From assembly GCA_964504555.1 (NCBI GenBank), contig CAZDFA010000001.1, positions 32,440-96,439 on the forward strand: DNA of 64,000 nucleotides. Direction: 5' to 3'. Of the stretch, positions 7,956-17,350 are shown piece after piece. A program made the translations under genes and the position numbers. The DNA is from an uncultured Flavobacteriaceae bacterium (GTDB taxonomy: Bacteria > Bacteroidota > Bacteroidia > Flavobacteriales > Flavobacteriaceae). The number at the start of each line of letters is the position of its first letter. Position 1 is the stretch's first letter. The notes beneath the pieces are model-generated. The model saw only the letters and a program-made list of their open reading frames with translations. It did no database searches and was not told where the DNA came from.

Positions 7956-8537
7956 GAATATTTGTGCACTGATGTCTTTACTATTATTTTGCAATTGTTC
8001 AAAAAACGATAAATTAAGTGATAATGATCTTATTATTATCGAAAAAATAATCGAAGAACTTTCAGGTAAAGAAAAAATATATAGAAGTACAACCTACCTT
8101 GTAAATCCTTATATCGATTCTTTTGGTTTTCATCCCTATTTTTTAGAAAATGGATTGTCTAGTTATATGGAAGAAAAGAAAAATGAAACATTTGATGCTT
8201 TAGATATAAATGAAGAAGAATTTGAGACAATAAAAGACAAAGTTAATTCTAGATACCAAGAAGATATTTATAATGAGTTATTAGACTTGTCAAACTCCAA
8301 TTCTAGTAATTTAGTTTATACATTCTCAGGTTTAGATAAGGACATTGTTTTTGTTGAATTGTCAGTTCTTTGTGATGGTAAGATATCAAAGAGGATTTAA
8401 AAAATAAAAATATCTTAATTGATCGTAATAAAAGTGAATTGGGGTCAATTGCAGCTATAATAAGGGGTAATGAGATTGAGAAATTAATTCCAATTAATGC
8501 TTATACTAAAGAATTTTTACACGGTACTAATCGTTAG
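7948..8537 (+). pseudogene. Probable Rhs immunity lipoprotein; 1-nt frameshift near 8390 (track ORF ends at 8400, shifted frame continues to TAG 8535-8537)
   Basis: Overlaps the toxin stop by 8 nt; lipobox-like LLFCNC; the shifted frame reads EDLKNKNILIDRNKSELGSIAAIIRGNEIEKLIPINAYTKEFLHGTNR*. Confidence 0.6.
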
Positions 8538-8563
8538 AACTAATAACTAGGGTAATGTGTCAA

Positions 8564-8581
8564 ATCCGATAGTTATCGGAT
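8564..8581. repeat. Short hairpin ATCCGAT-AGTT-ATCGGAT (REP-like)
   Basis: Perfect 7-bp stem, 4-nt loop, just downstream of the immunity gene. Confidence 0.45.
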
Positions 8582-8723
8582 GGTGCTTTTGAGAAATGAG
8601 CTCATTTTAAAATTGATTAGAAACACATCTACGAATGTAGTTCTGGCAGTGAATTTTTTAGGGTTTTGGTTGTTATATTAGCAATACGTTCTGATTTTTA
8701 ATGAAAAGTCTGTAAAAAAGGTG

Positions 8724-8790
8724 CTTAGTTACTATCCTTTTGGCTTAAAACATAAGGGGTATAATAACCAAATAAATGGCAATAACCCAG
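8724..8790 (+). pseudogene. Second Rhs-core stub (LSYYPFGLKHKGYNNQ*)
   Basis: YYPFGLKHKGYN is the Bacteroidota Rhs-associated-core motif; stop at 8772-8774. Confidence 0.75.
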
Positions 8791-8891
8791 GGAAGCCTTC
8801 ACATAGATGTTCTTTAAAAAATATAGAGAACTATTAAAAGAGAGTTGCTTTTATTTTAGTAGTTTCATAGATCATATTAGCACAAATAAAT

Positions 8892-9680
8892 TTGAGATAC
8901 GCGCTACTAAACTCGCTTGCTGTAATTCTCGTATTGGTGGTCAATGGTCTTTCCCAAACGCAACGCTGGAACAATACCACCATAGGAGAACTTTCAGACA
9001 AATACGATAACCTATTTACTCCGGCTGGTTATGCTTTTTCCATTTGGGGGTTGATTTTTTTATCACTTGTGGCTTATGTTGTGTTTCAATGGAATCTTAT
9101 TTTTTTCAAAAACCAACGAACAGACATTATTGAAAAAACGGGATATTGGTTTGCTTTGGCGAATCTGGGTAATACCGCCTGGGTTGTAGCGTTTACCTAT
9201 GGGTATATTGGGGTATCTGTGGGAATTATGATTATAATCTTAATAAGCCTTCTTAAGATTATTTGGAATACTGGAATGTCCAAAAGCAAAGTATCCCTAT
9301 CAATAAAAATATTTCTTTGGGGACCTATCAGTATCTATGCCGGATGGATTACTGTTGCGACCATTGCCAATGTAAGTGCCTTTTTGATAAGTATAGGCAT
9401 CGAAACCAGTGCATTCACACAAATTATCTGGACCATGATCGTGATTACCGTCGCCCTTTTTCTCAATCTTTTTATCCTAGGCTTAAGACGTACTATTGCC
9501 TTTTGCTGTGTGGCTATCTGGGCGTTGATTGCAATCTACGTCCGGCATAAAAATGGTATCAATAGTATTGCTTACTATGCGCTAGCTTCAGCTGCAATTC
9601 TTGGATTGGCTATTCTTAAAACGCTGTTCTGGCCGTATCTTAGCACTCGATTTCCAACTCAGGAACATCACCACGATTAG
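8892..9680 (+). CDS. Tryptophan-rich sensory protein (TspO/MBR-related) membrane protein
   Basis: SDKYDNLFTPAGYAFSIWGLIF and PISIYAGWITVATIAN motifs; TTG start uncertain. Confidence 0.75.
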   Translation: MRYALLNSLAVILVLVVNGLSQTQRWNNTTIGELSDKYDNLFTPAGYAFSIWGLIFLSLVAYVVFQWNLIFFKNQRTDIIEKTGYWFALANLGNTAWVVAFTYGYIGVSVGIMIIILISLLKIIWNTGMSKSKVSLSIKIFLWGPISIYAGWITVATIANVSAFLISIGIETSAFTQIIWTMIVITVALFLNLFILGLRRTIAFCCVAIWALIAIYVRHKNGINSIAYYALASAAILGLAILKTLFWPYLSTRFPTQEHHHD

Positions 9681-9730
9681 TAAACGAAAAACATATTGTA
9701 ACTTTCTTTTTCATCAAATGAAATCAACTC

Positions 9731-10870
9731 ATGCACCACTATAAACACCTCTTTAACCTTTCTGAAAACGGTACTTATATCAATGCCGCCTATATGGCGC
9801 CTCAACTCAAAAGTGTTACTGAGATTGGATTGCTAAGTGTGGTGCGTAAGGAAAACCCGATGAGCATCAGCCCGGAGGATTTCTTTACCGATCGCAAACG
9901 CATAAAAGCGCTCTTTGCCCAACTTATAGATGCACCCGACTGGCAAAACTGTGCTATTATTCCATCCGTTTCGTATGGTATTGCTGCCGTAGCCAATAAC
10001 ATTCCGTTACAGTCTGGAGATGAAATTTTGATTATTGATGAACAATTCCCCAGTAATGTCTATGTCTGGAAGGAACGGGCTAAACAAAGTAATGCAAATA
10101 TCAAATTAGTCGCCCCGCCCAAAACTTTTAATAATCGTGGAAAATTATGGAATCAAGCCATACTTGTTGCAATCACATCTGCCACTCGAGTGGTGACTAT
10201 GGGTCACGTGCATTGGGCAGATGGCACTTTGTTTGATCTTAAAACCATCCGTAAACGCTGTGATCTGGTGGGTGCAAAACTGATCATTGACGGTACCCAA
10301 AGTGTGGGTGCACTTCCTTTTTCAGTACAGGAGTTTAGACCAGATGCGTTGATCGTGTCAGGTTACAAATGGTTGCTAGGGCCCTATTCACTGGGGATGG
10401 CCTATTATGCTGACACTTTTAATGACGGACAACCCCTAGAATACAACTGGATGAGTCGTAAAAACAGTGAAGATTTTAGTCAGCTGGTCAATTATCAAAC
10501 GGACTATCAACCTGGCGCAGACCGTTTTTGTGTAGGAGAATCCAGTAACTTTATTTTGGTGCCTATGCTTATCAAAGCCATTGAACAATTACTAGAATGG
10601 GGTGTGGATCATATTCAAACCTACTGTCAGGATATTTCCATAAAAGCAGTGGAGCAATTACAAGCCAAAGGCTGTTTTATAGAAGATGCTGCCTATCGCG
10701 GGCAGCATCTATTCGGTATTTATTTGCCACAAACTATGGATATATCCGTACTTAAAGAACGCTTTTTCGAAAACGGTATCTCCATTGGTTTCAGAGGTGA
10801 TGCGATACGGGTTGCACCGCATTTGTATAATACAGAAGCTGATTTTGAGCGATTGGTAAAGTGTTTTTAG
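9731..10870 (+). CDS. Class V PLP-dependent aminotransferase (cysteine desulfurase/lyase-like)
   Basis: YINAAYMAP, DGTQSVG, SGYKWLLGP (PLP lysine), IRVAPHLYNT. Confidence 0.9.
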   Translation: MHHYKHLFNLSENGTYINAAYMAPQLKSVTEIGLLSVVRKENPMSISPEDFFTDRKRIKALFAQLIDAPDWQNCAIIPSVSYGIAAVANNIPLQSGDEILIIDEQFPSNVYVWKERAKQSNANIKLVAPPKTFNNRGKLWNQAILVAITSATRVVTMGHVHWADGTLFDLKTIRKRCDLVGAKLIIDGTQSVGALPFSVQEFRPDALIVSGYKWLLGPYSLGMAYYADTFNDGQPLEYNWMSRKNSEDFSQLVNYQTDYQPGADRFCVGESSNFILVPMLIKAIEQLLEWGVDHIQTYCQDISIKAVEQLQAKGCFIEDAAYRGQHLFGIYLPQTMDISVLKERFFENGISIGFRGDAIRVAPHLYNTEADFERLVKCF

Positions 10871-10873
10871 AGA

Positions 10874-10905
10874 TTTGTGACCCTTAGACAAATAAACTAA
10901 ATTTG
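10874..10905 (+). promoter_or_regulatory. Complete Bacteroidota promoter for the TA pair: -33 TTTG (10874-10877), 20-nt spacer, -7 TAAATTTG (10898-10905)
   Basis: Both consensus elements at canonical spacing. Confidence 0.7.
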
Positions 10906-10909
10906 AGTT

Positions 10910-11143
10910 ATGGAAATAAATATCCTAAATGCTAAAATCGAACTCATTCAATGGTTAACCACCTTGGAAGATACTGCCTTGATTCAAAAAATTATGGAAT
11001 TAAGAAAGTGTGAAACTAAAGATTGGTGGTCAGAACTTTCAGAAGCTGAAAAAACAGCTATTGAATCAGGTCTTGCCGATGCTGATAATGGAAAATTAAA
11101 TCCACAGTCAGAAGCAGAAAAAATATATGGAAAGTGGTTATAA
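10910..11143 (+). CDS. Probable type II antitoxin (addiction-module-like)
   Basis: 77 aa, DWW.ELS..EK.AIE.GL.D...G pattern, overlaps the downstream RelE/ParE gene. Confidence 0.7.
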   Translation: MEINILNAKIELIQWLTTLEDTALIQKIMELRKCETKDWWSELSEAEKTAIESGLADADNGKLNPQSEAEKIYGKWL

Positions 11144-11426
11144 GATTTTTTGGACTGATCACGCCTTAAATGAATTAGCACATACTTTCGATTATTTAGA
11201 AACACATTTTACAGAACGAGAGTCAAGAAATCTTGCTGCAGAAATTGATAAAATCTTAACCCTAATTTCAAGAGACCCTCATATATTTCCAGAATCAGAA
11301 ACTAAAGGAGTTCGCAGAACTGTGATTTTCAAATTCAACACCCTCTATTACAGAGAAAAAGAGCATATTATTGAAATCATTTCTTTTTTCTCCAATAGGC
11401 AAGATCCTGATAGCCTCAAACTTTAA
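11127..11426 (+). CDS. RelE/ParE family toxin
   Basis: YKIFWTDHALNEL...FPESE...VRR.VI.KFNTLYYR...IEIISFFSNRQDP. Confidence 0.8.
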   Translation: MESGYKIFWTDHALNELAHTFDYLETHFTERESRNLAAEIDKILTLISRDPHIFPESETKGVRRTVIFKFNTLYYREKEHIIEIISFFSNRQDPDSLKL

Positions 11427-11435
11427 TAGTTGCGA

Positions 11436-11519
11436 TTCCGTGGAAACGCCATACGGGTAGCACCGTATTTGTATAATACAGAAGCTGATTTTGAGAGGTT
11501 GGTGAAATGGTTCTGCTAA
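11436..11519 (+). repeat. Diverged second copy of the aminotransferase 3' end (first copy 10790-10870)
   Basis: Encodes FRGNAIRVAPYLYNTEADFERLVKWFC* versus FRGDAIRVAPHLYNTEADFERLVKCF*; 29-nt identical core at 10821-10849 and 11467-11495. Confidence 0.9.
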
Positions 11520-11565
11520 CGCTATAATTTAAACTTAAAAGCTTTTACGAACTCCACACCTTAAC

Positions 11566-11573
11566 TACCTTTG
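11566..11573 (+). promoter_or_regulatory. -7 element TACCTTTG for mfd
   Basis: TAnnTTTG 16 nt upstream of the start. Confidence 0.55.
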
Positions 11574-11589
11574 CCCAAAATCTTTTTGA

Positions 11590-14500
11590 GTGTCCAACCC
11601 TTCGCTCATTACTACTCTGGAACAGTCTCCACAACTTAGGAAACTAGGGGATACTATTGCCCAAACTCAAGAAACTCTTCACAATAACATACATGCCAAA
11701 GGTCTTACAGGATCAGCCTTATCTTTTGCGATAAGCAGTCTATACAAGCGATTAGAGGTGCCCGTTTTGTTGATTCTCAATGACAAAGAAGAAGCCGCCT
11801 ATTACCTCAATGATCTAGAGCAGTTGTGCAAGGAAGAAAATGTACTCTTCTACCCAGGGAGTTACCGCCGTCCCTATCAAGTTGAAGAAACTGATAATGC
11901 CAATGTGCTATTAAGAGCCGAAGTATTAAACCGCATCAATTCCCGCAAAAAACATGCACTCATTGTCACTTATTCTGATGCGCTTTTTGAAAAAGTAGTG
12001 ACTCGTCGAGAACTAGATAGGCAGACACTTAAAATTAATGTTGGGGATAAGCTGTCACTGGATTTCGTCAATGAAACCCTATTTGAATACCAGTTTCATC
12101 GTGTTGATTTTGTGACTGAACCCGGAGAGTTTTCGGTACGTGGTGGGATTCTAGATGTCTTCTCTTTTTCCAATGATACGCCCTACCGCTTGGAGTTTTT
12201 CGGTGATGAAGTGGATAGCATCCGGACGTTTGATGTGGAGACTCAACTTTCAGAAGAACAGGTCAAGAAAATTTCGGTCATGCCCAATGTAGAAAATAAG
12301 GCGTTGGATGAAAAACGAGACACCTTCCTTAAATACATTGCTGAGAAGACGCTCATCTTCATCAAAAACCGTTCACTCGTATTTGGTCGAACAGATTCCA
12401 ATTTCGCGAAAGCACAAGAAGCCTTTTCCAAATTATCAACCGAAATCAAGCATGCGAGTCCACAGGATTTGTTCTGTACTGGCGAACTCCTCAAAACCCA
12501 ATTAGCAGACTTTCTCACGGTAGATGTGAGTAGTACGATTGAGGGGATTACCCCAGATGCGACCATCCCCTTTGCGCAGCGACCGCAACCGTCATTCAAC
12601 AAGCAGTTTGACCTGCTTATTCAAAACCTGAATGAAAATCATAGGGATGGATATACCAATTACATCAGTTGTGCGAGTGAGCAGCAGGCGCAGCGGTTTA
12701 AAGATATTTTTGATGATTCTGGAACGGATGTAGCTCAATATGAAACCACTGTACTTTCGCTACATCAGGGCTTTATCGATGATGATTTGCGCCTGGCCGT
12801 CTATACCGATCATCAGATTTTTGAGCGCTATTATAAATTCAGCATTAAAAATGGCTATGCCAAGAAGCAGGCCATCACCCTCAAGGAGTTGACTAACCTC
12901 AAGGTGGGGGATTATGTAACCCATATCGACCACGGGATTGGCAAGTTTGGCGGGCTTCAAAAAATAGAGGTGGAAGGCAAGCCTCAAGAGGCAATTAAAC
13001 TGATCTATGGTGAGCGGGATATTCTCTATTTGAGCATACATTCCCTACATAAAATCACAAAATATAATGGCAAGGATGGGAAGGTACCACAGTTGTATAA
13101 ATTGGGTAGTCAGGCGTGGAAAAAGCTTAAAGCGAAAACAAAATCCCGTGTAAAACACATTGCTTTTAACCTGATAAAACTGTACGCCAAACGACGTATG
13201 CAAAAAGGCTTTGCCTATGGTCCGGACACCCATATGCAACACGAACTGGAAGCCAGCTTTATCTATGAAGACACGCCTGATCAAAGTACGGCAACAGCAG
13301 CCGTAAAAGCCGATATGGAAAGCGAACGCCCTATGGATAGATTAGTCTGTGGAGACGTTGGTTTTGGAAAAACCGAAGTCGCCATCCGTGCGGCGTTTAA
13401 AGCGGTGGATAATGGAAAGCAAGTCGCGATTCTGGTACCTACCACCATTCTCGCTTTTCAACATGCACAGACTTTTCGGGAACGACTCAAGGATTTTCCT
13501 GTGCGCATTGAGTACCTGAACCGCTTTCGTACCGCCAAACAAAGACGCGAAGTCATCGAAAGTTTAGAGAGTGGCGCTGTGGATATCGTGATAGGCACGC
13601 ATCAACTAACCAACAAAAACATAAAATTCAAAGACCTGGGCTTACTGGTAATTGATGAGGAACAGAAATTTGGTGTTGCCGTAAAAGACAAACTGAAGAC
13701 CATTAAGGAAAATGTAGATACCTTGACATTGACGGCAACGCCTATACCGCGAACGCTGCAATTCAGCCTGATGGCAGCTCGGGATTTGAGTACTATTAAT
13801 ACCCCACCACCCAATCGCTATCCTATTGAAAGTAGTGTGGTGCGCTTTTCGGAGGAGACTATACGAGATGCGATAAGCTATGAAATACAGCGCGGCGGAC
13901 AGGTATTCTTTATCCATAATCGCATAGAAAATATCAAGGAAGTGGCTGGGCTTATTCAGCGGCTCGTGCCTGATGCTAAAATAGGTGTAGGCCATGGACA
14001 ATTGGAGGGTAAAAAACTTGAAGGTCTCATGTTGTCCTTTATGAATGGGGAGTTTGATGTGCTGGTTTCGACCACCATTGTAGAAAGTGGTCTAGATGTA
14101 CCCAATGCCAACACTATTTTTATCAATAACGCCAATAATTTTGGCTTGTCAGACTTGCACCAGATGCGCGGTCGCGTAGGCCGCAGTAACAAGAAGGCCT
14201 TCTGCTATTTTATCACCCCCCCCTATAGCGCGATGACCGAAGATGCACGAAAACGCATTCAGGCATTGGAACAGTTTTCGGTGCTGGGTAGCGGTTTTAA
14301 TATCGCGATGAAAGATCTGGAAATACGCGGTGCTGGGGATTTGTTGGGTGGTGAGCAAAGTGGTTTTATTAATGAAATAGGCTTTGAGACCTACCAGAAA
14401 ATCCTGAACGAAGCCATTGAAGAATTGAAGGAAGATGAGTTTAAAGAACTCTTTAATGAGAGCGAACTCACTGCTACGAAAAAGAATAAGACTTTTGTCA

Positions 14501-14964
14501 AGGACACTGTGATCGATACTGATTTTAGTCTCCTTTTTCCTGACACCTATGTCAACAATATTGCTGAACGCCTCAATCTCTACACCGAATTGAACAATAC
14601 CAAAAACGAAAGCGATCTCGCCACTTTTGAAAGTAAACTGCTCGACCGTTTTGGCCCATTGCCAGAAGAAGCACAAGACTTACTCAACTCGGTACGCATT
14701 AAATGGGTGGCTACCCGAATAGGACTAGAAAAAGTGGTGATGAAAAATGGAAAATTAATAGGCTTCTTTATTTCAGACCAGCAATCGCCATTTTATCAAA
14801 GCGAAGCCTTTACCCAAGTACTACAATTTGTACAAACACAGGCGCATCGCGTTCAACTTAAAGAGAAAAAAGGACCAAAAGGTTTACGACTCTTATTAAA
14901 ATCTGATGAAGCGAGATCTATTGATGAGGTGATTGGATTGTTGCGCCCTTTCCTAAAATCTTAA
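11590..14964 (+). CDS. mfd: Transcription-repair coupling factor
   Basis: CarD-like YVTHIDHGIGKF, GDVGFGKTEVA, DEEQKFGV, QMRGRVGR, DLEIRGAG, TRCF C-terminus. Confidence 0.98.
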   Translation: MSNPSLITTLEQSPQLRKLGDTIAQTQETLHNNIHAKGLTGSALSFAISSLYKRLEVPVLLILNDKEEAAYYLNDLEQLCKEENVLFYPGSYRRPYQVEETDNANVLLRAEVLNRINSRKKHALIVTYSDALFEKVVTRRELDRQTLKINVGDKLSLDFVNETLFEYQFHRVDFVTEPGEFSVRGGILDVFSFSNDTPYRLEFFGDEVDSIRTFDVETQLSEEQVKKISVMPNVENKALDEKRDTFLKYIAEKTLIFIKNRSLVFGRTDSNFAKAQEAFSKLSTEIKHASPQDLFCTGELLKTQLADFLTVDVSSTIEGITPDATIPFAQRPQPSFNKQFDLLIQNLNENHRDGYTNYISCASEQQAQRFKDIFDDSGTDVAQYETTVLSLHQGFIDDDLRLAVYTDHQIFERYYKFSIKNGYAKKQAITLKELTNLKVGDYVTHIDHGIGKFGGLQKIEVEGKPQEAIKLIYGERDILYLSIHSLHKITKYNGKDGKVPQLYKLGSQAWKKLKAKTKSRVKHIAFNLIKLYAKRRMQKGFAYGPDTHMQHELEASFIYEDTPDQSTATAAVKADMESERPMDRLVCGDVGFGKTEVAIRAAFKAVDNGKQVAILVPTTILAFQHAQTFRERLKDFPVRIEYLNRFRTAKQRREVIESLESGAVDIVIGTHQLTNKNIKFKDLGLLVIDEEQKFGVAVKDKLKTIKENVDTLTLTATPIPRTLQFSLMAARDLSTINTPPPNRYPIESSVVRFSEETIRDAISYEIQRGGQVFFIHNRIENIKEVAGLIQRLVPDAKIGVGHGQLEGKKLEGLMLSFMNGEFDVLVSTTIVESGLDVPNANTIFINNANNFGLSDLHQMRGRVGRSNKKAFCYFITPPYSAMTEDARKRIQALEQFSVLGSGFNIAMKDLEIRGAGDLLGGEQSGFINEIGFETYQKILNEAIEELKEDEFKELFNESELTATKKNKTFVKDTVIDTDFSLLFPDTYVNNIAERLNLYTELNNTKNESDLATFESKLLDRFGPLPEEAQDLLNSVRIKWVATRIGLEKVVMKNGKLIGFFISDQQSPFYQSEAFTQVLQFVQTQAHRVQLKEKKGPKGLRLLLKSDEARSIDEVIGLLRPFLKS

Positions 14965-15001
14965 TTTCAAACACGTATTTCCAAATAAATTTATAAGATA
15001 C

Positions 15002-15856
15002 TCATTCCAAAATCGGAGTGACTCTGTATCCTTCTTGAACTAACAGGTTTATAAGACCATTTTCACCAGCCAAATGAGCTGCACCTACACCGTAAAAAAC
15101 AGATTGATCGATGGAGTAATTTACAATCTTAGGGATCCATTTTTTATTACGGTCATCTAAAAGCAGTTGCTTAAAATTCTTTCTGTCGGCAAAATAGTTG
15201 TCCGTATAATTATAGAGTTCTTGTATATTTTCTTCAGTATAAAATTGAATCATTTTTTGATAGAATGATCTTGTTTTTTCAATATTAGTAATCGTATAGA
15301 TTACTTCGTCTATTTCTTCATCAAAAGGAGTGTCTGTATATATGGGTATTAAGTCTACAGGAGTTTCAAGTCCCTCAATTTCTTTACCAGATTCTTTGGT
15401 TATTTTGATTAATTCATCCTCATAACTTGCTAGATTATTACCTAAACAAATTCTGGTGACTGTACTATTTAAAGGAAATGGTTTTAACTTATTAAGTTTG
15501 GAAAATGGAGTTCCTCCGTTTTCTTTAAAAAATTTCTTCAATATGTCTAGTTCACTTTTACTAGCGTAATTTTCTATACTATCATTATCAAAAATTGAGA
15601 GTTTTACAATTCCTTCAACAATTGAAGTGTTATCTAGATCTGCTTCAAGCACTGTCAGGCTAGAAAGATGTAACGACTTGATCATTTTTGTTTTTAATCT
15701 CAAGTCCTTTTTTGGTATGACATGCATTGTCCCAAACAGGTATGATGTCTTTATATCATCTCCTTCAATTTTCCATAAGAGGCTATCCTCAATATTATTT
15801 TGGTTACAACCCGTAAAGAGGATAAAAACAAAAGTAAATTTGATAATAAATTTCAT
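15002..15856 (-). CDS. TraB/GumN family protein, probable lipoprotein
   Basis: LLWKIEG...SYLFGTMH, GLET, RNKKW, VGAAHLAGENG; lipobox FTGC. Confidence 0.9.
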   Translation of the reverse strand: MKFIIKFTFVFILFTGCNQNNIEDSLLWKIEGDDIKTSYLFGTMHVIPKKDLRLKTKMIKSLHLSSLTVLEADLDNTSIVEGIVKLSIFDNDSIENYASKSELDILKKFFKENGGTPFSKLNKLKPFPLNSTVTRICLGNNLASYEDELIKITKESGKEIEGLETPVDLIPIYTDTPFDEEIDEVIYTITNIEKTRSFYQKMIQFYTEENIQELYNYTDNYFADRKNFKQLLLDDRNKKWIPKIVNYSIDQSVFYGVGAAHLAGENGLINLLVQEGYRVTPILE

Positions 15857-15881
15857 ATCAAGAACAAAGTTCTAATTTATA

Positions 15882-15936
15882 GTAAATGTCAGGTAAATGA
15901 CGGGTAAAATCCCATAAAATTCGTGTTGCAAAAAGT
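15882..15936 (-). promoter_or_regulatory. 11-bp-period direct repeats GTAAATGTCAG/GTAAATGACGG/GTAAA (15882-15908) with a minus-strand -7 element TACTTTTG (15936-15929)
   Basis: The repeats lie between the -7 element and the TraB start, divergent from an XRE regulator. Confidence 0.5.
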
Positions 15937-16004
15937 AAAGAGGCTTTACTATTGCATTAGAAACATCTTGTATCTTAATACATCCATCATATAAGGCAAT
16001 AGAC

Positions 16005-16859
16005 ATGATGATAAAACAACCCGAATTAGGACAAAAAATTTTAGAACTCCGTCAACAAAAAGGATTGACTCAGGAAGAGTTAGTTGAACAATGCAACATT
16101 AGCGTACGCACCATACAGCGTATTGAAACCGGGGAAGTAACTCCACGGTCGTTCACGGTACGCAGCATTCTAGATGCATTAGATTATGACTTGAGCTTGC
16201 TGCACACAGAACCTTCTGCTACAGAGCAACGGTTTAAAGAGCTCCTACTTATTGATGTGAATTCTAAAAAGGAAGCTTCTTTTCTGATCCAGCAATTGAA
16301 TCTGGCGTGGATAGCAGCAATAGTCTATTTCTTTGTCACTATCCCAGATATGATGGCAGATTTTTACCTGTATTCACTTGGCGAACCATTGTATGGGAGT
16401 ACATTATACATACTCATAAAAATAATAGTGATTCTAAGTTTTATTTTCTATTTCAGAGGGCTTATCCTCATCGGTAAACTGTTGCAAAATTATTTGTTGA
16501 AAATAACTGCCTTTTTGATGCTGTTTGCCGGAGTTATTTTTTACACCTATGATATTTTAGCTTTGATCATTCCTTCATTAGACTATAAAATTGGATTTAT
16601 CGCCGAGAATATTAGTTTTGGGATCATAGGCACTCTTTTTGGTTTAAGTCTTATACGGTTGAAAAAGCCCCTAAACACACTAGGGTTAATCTCAGGTATT
16701 TTAGAAATTTCGGCATCTTTTCTGTTTTTACTGGTCATGGTGTTCACATCAACTACCGGAATATTAGGTCTTATGCTGTGGTCAGCTGCAATTATTGTTG
16801 AAGTTATATTGCTGTATAAAGCAGCAGAGTTGATTAAGAAGAAAGAGAGGGGACTTTAG
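16005..16859 (+). CDS. XRE-family HTH regulator with a C-terminal multi-pass membrane domain
   Basis: LGQKILELRQQKGLTQEELVEQCNISVRTIQRIETGEVTPR followed by about six hydrophobic segments. Confidence 0.85.
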   Translation: MMIKQPELGQKILELRQQKGLTQEELVEQCNISVRTIQRIETGEVTPRSFTVRSILDALDYDLSLLHTEPSATEQRFKELLLIDVNSKKEASFLIQQLNLAWIAAIVYFFVTIPDMMADFYLYSLGEPLYGSTLYILIKIIVILSFIFYFRGLILIGKLLQNYLLKITAFLMLFAGVIFYTYDILALIIPSLDYKIGFIAENISFGIIGTLFGLSLIRLKKPLNTLGLISGILEISASFLFLLVMVFTSTTGILGLMLWSAAIIVEVILLYKAAELIKKKERGL

Positions 16860-16883
16860 ATAAGATTTCAGCCTTCGCGGAAA

Positions 16884-17243
16884 TTAAAACGGATAAAACG
16901 CATCTTCAAAATGCTCTAAGGATTCTTGTTTTCCGTTTTTAAGAACGGCGATGATATCAAAGCGCACTTCTACATCCAGATCCTTTTCTACCACATAAGC
17001 ATCGGCTACTTTGATAATGCTTTTGCGTTTTCCAGGAGTAACAAATTCCTGTGGATCTCCAAAGAAATTAGAATTACGGGTTTTCACTTCTATAACCACA
17101 AGAGTACCCTCTTCTTTTTGGCATACAATATCGATCTCATTGCGTTCATACACCCAATTTCGATCCAGAATGACATAGCCTTTTTTGGTCAAATATTGTG
17201 TAGCAAACTCCTCACCCCATTCGCCTAGTTCATTATGCTTCAT
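16884..17243 (-). CDS. YraN family (UPF0102) putative endonuclease
   Basis: HNELGEWGE..A, NEIDIV, VIEVKTR, RFDII; start moved to MKHN. Confidence 0.9.
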   Translation of the reverse strand: MKHNELGEWGEEFATQYLTKKGYVILDRNWVYERNEIDIVCQKEEGTLVVIEVKTRNSNFFGDPQEFVTPGKRKSIIKVADAYVVEKDLDVEVRFDIIAVLKNGKQESLEHFEDAFYPF

Positions 17244-17350
17244 AAATTTCTGCGAAAGCGGAAATCTCATCCCGCATTCAAGATTTATCGGTTGTATGAG
17301 TTTCCCTCCTCTGTCTACCATCAGGCAGGTTCGTGGAAATCTTTGAATTA

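Noticed and set aside
8807-9010. 67-aa track ORF overlapping the TspO-like gene, and possible N-terminal truncation of that gene
   Set aside because: No recognisable motif; the TTG start gives a normal-length product
12243-14676. Several antisense ORFs up to 175 aa inside mfd, and similar shadows in metG, radA and other genes
   Set aside because: Expected shadows of strongly conserved coding sequence, with no motifs
16884-17321. 26-aa N-terminal extension of YraN
   Set aside because: It runs through a REP-like hairpin; the family starts at MKHNELG
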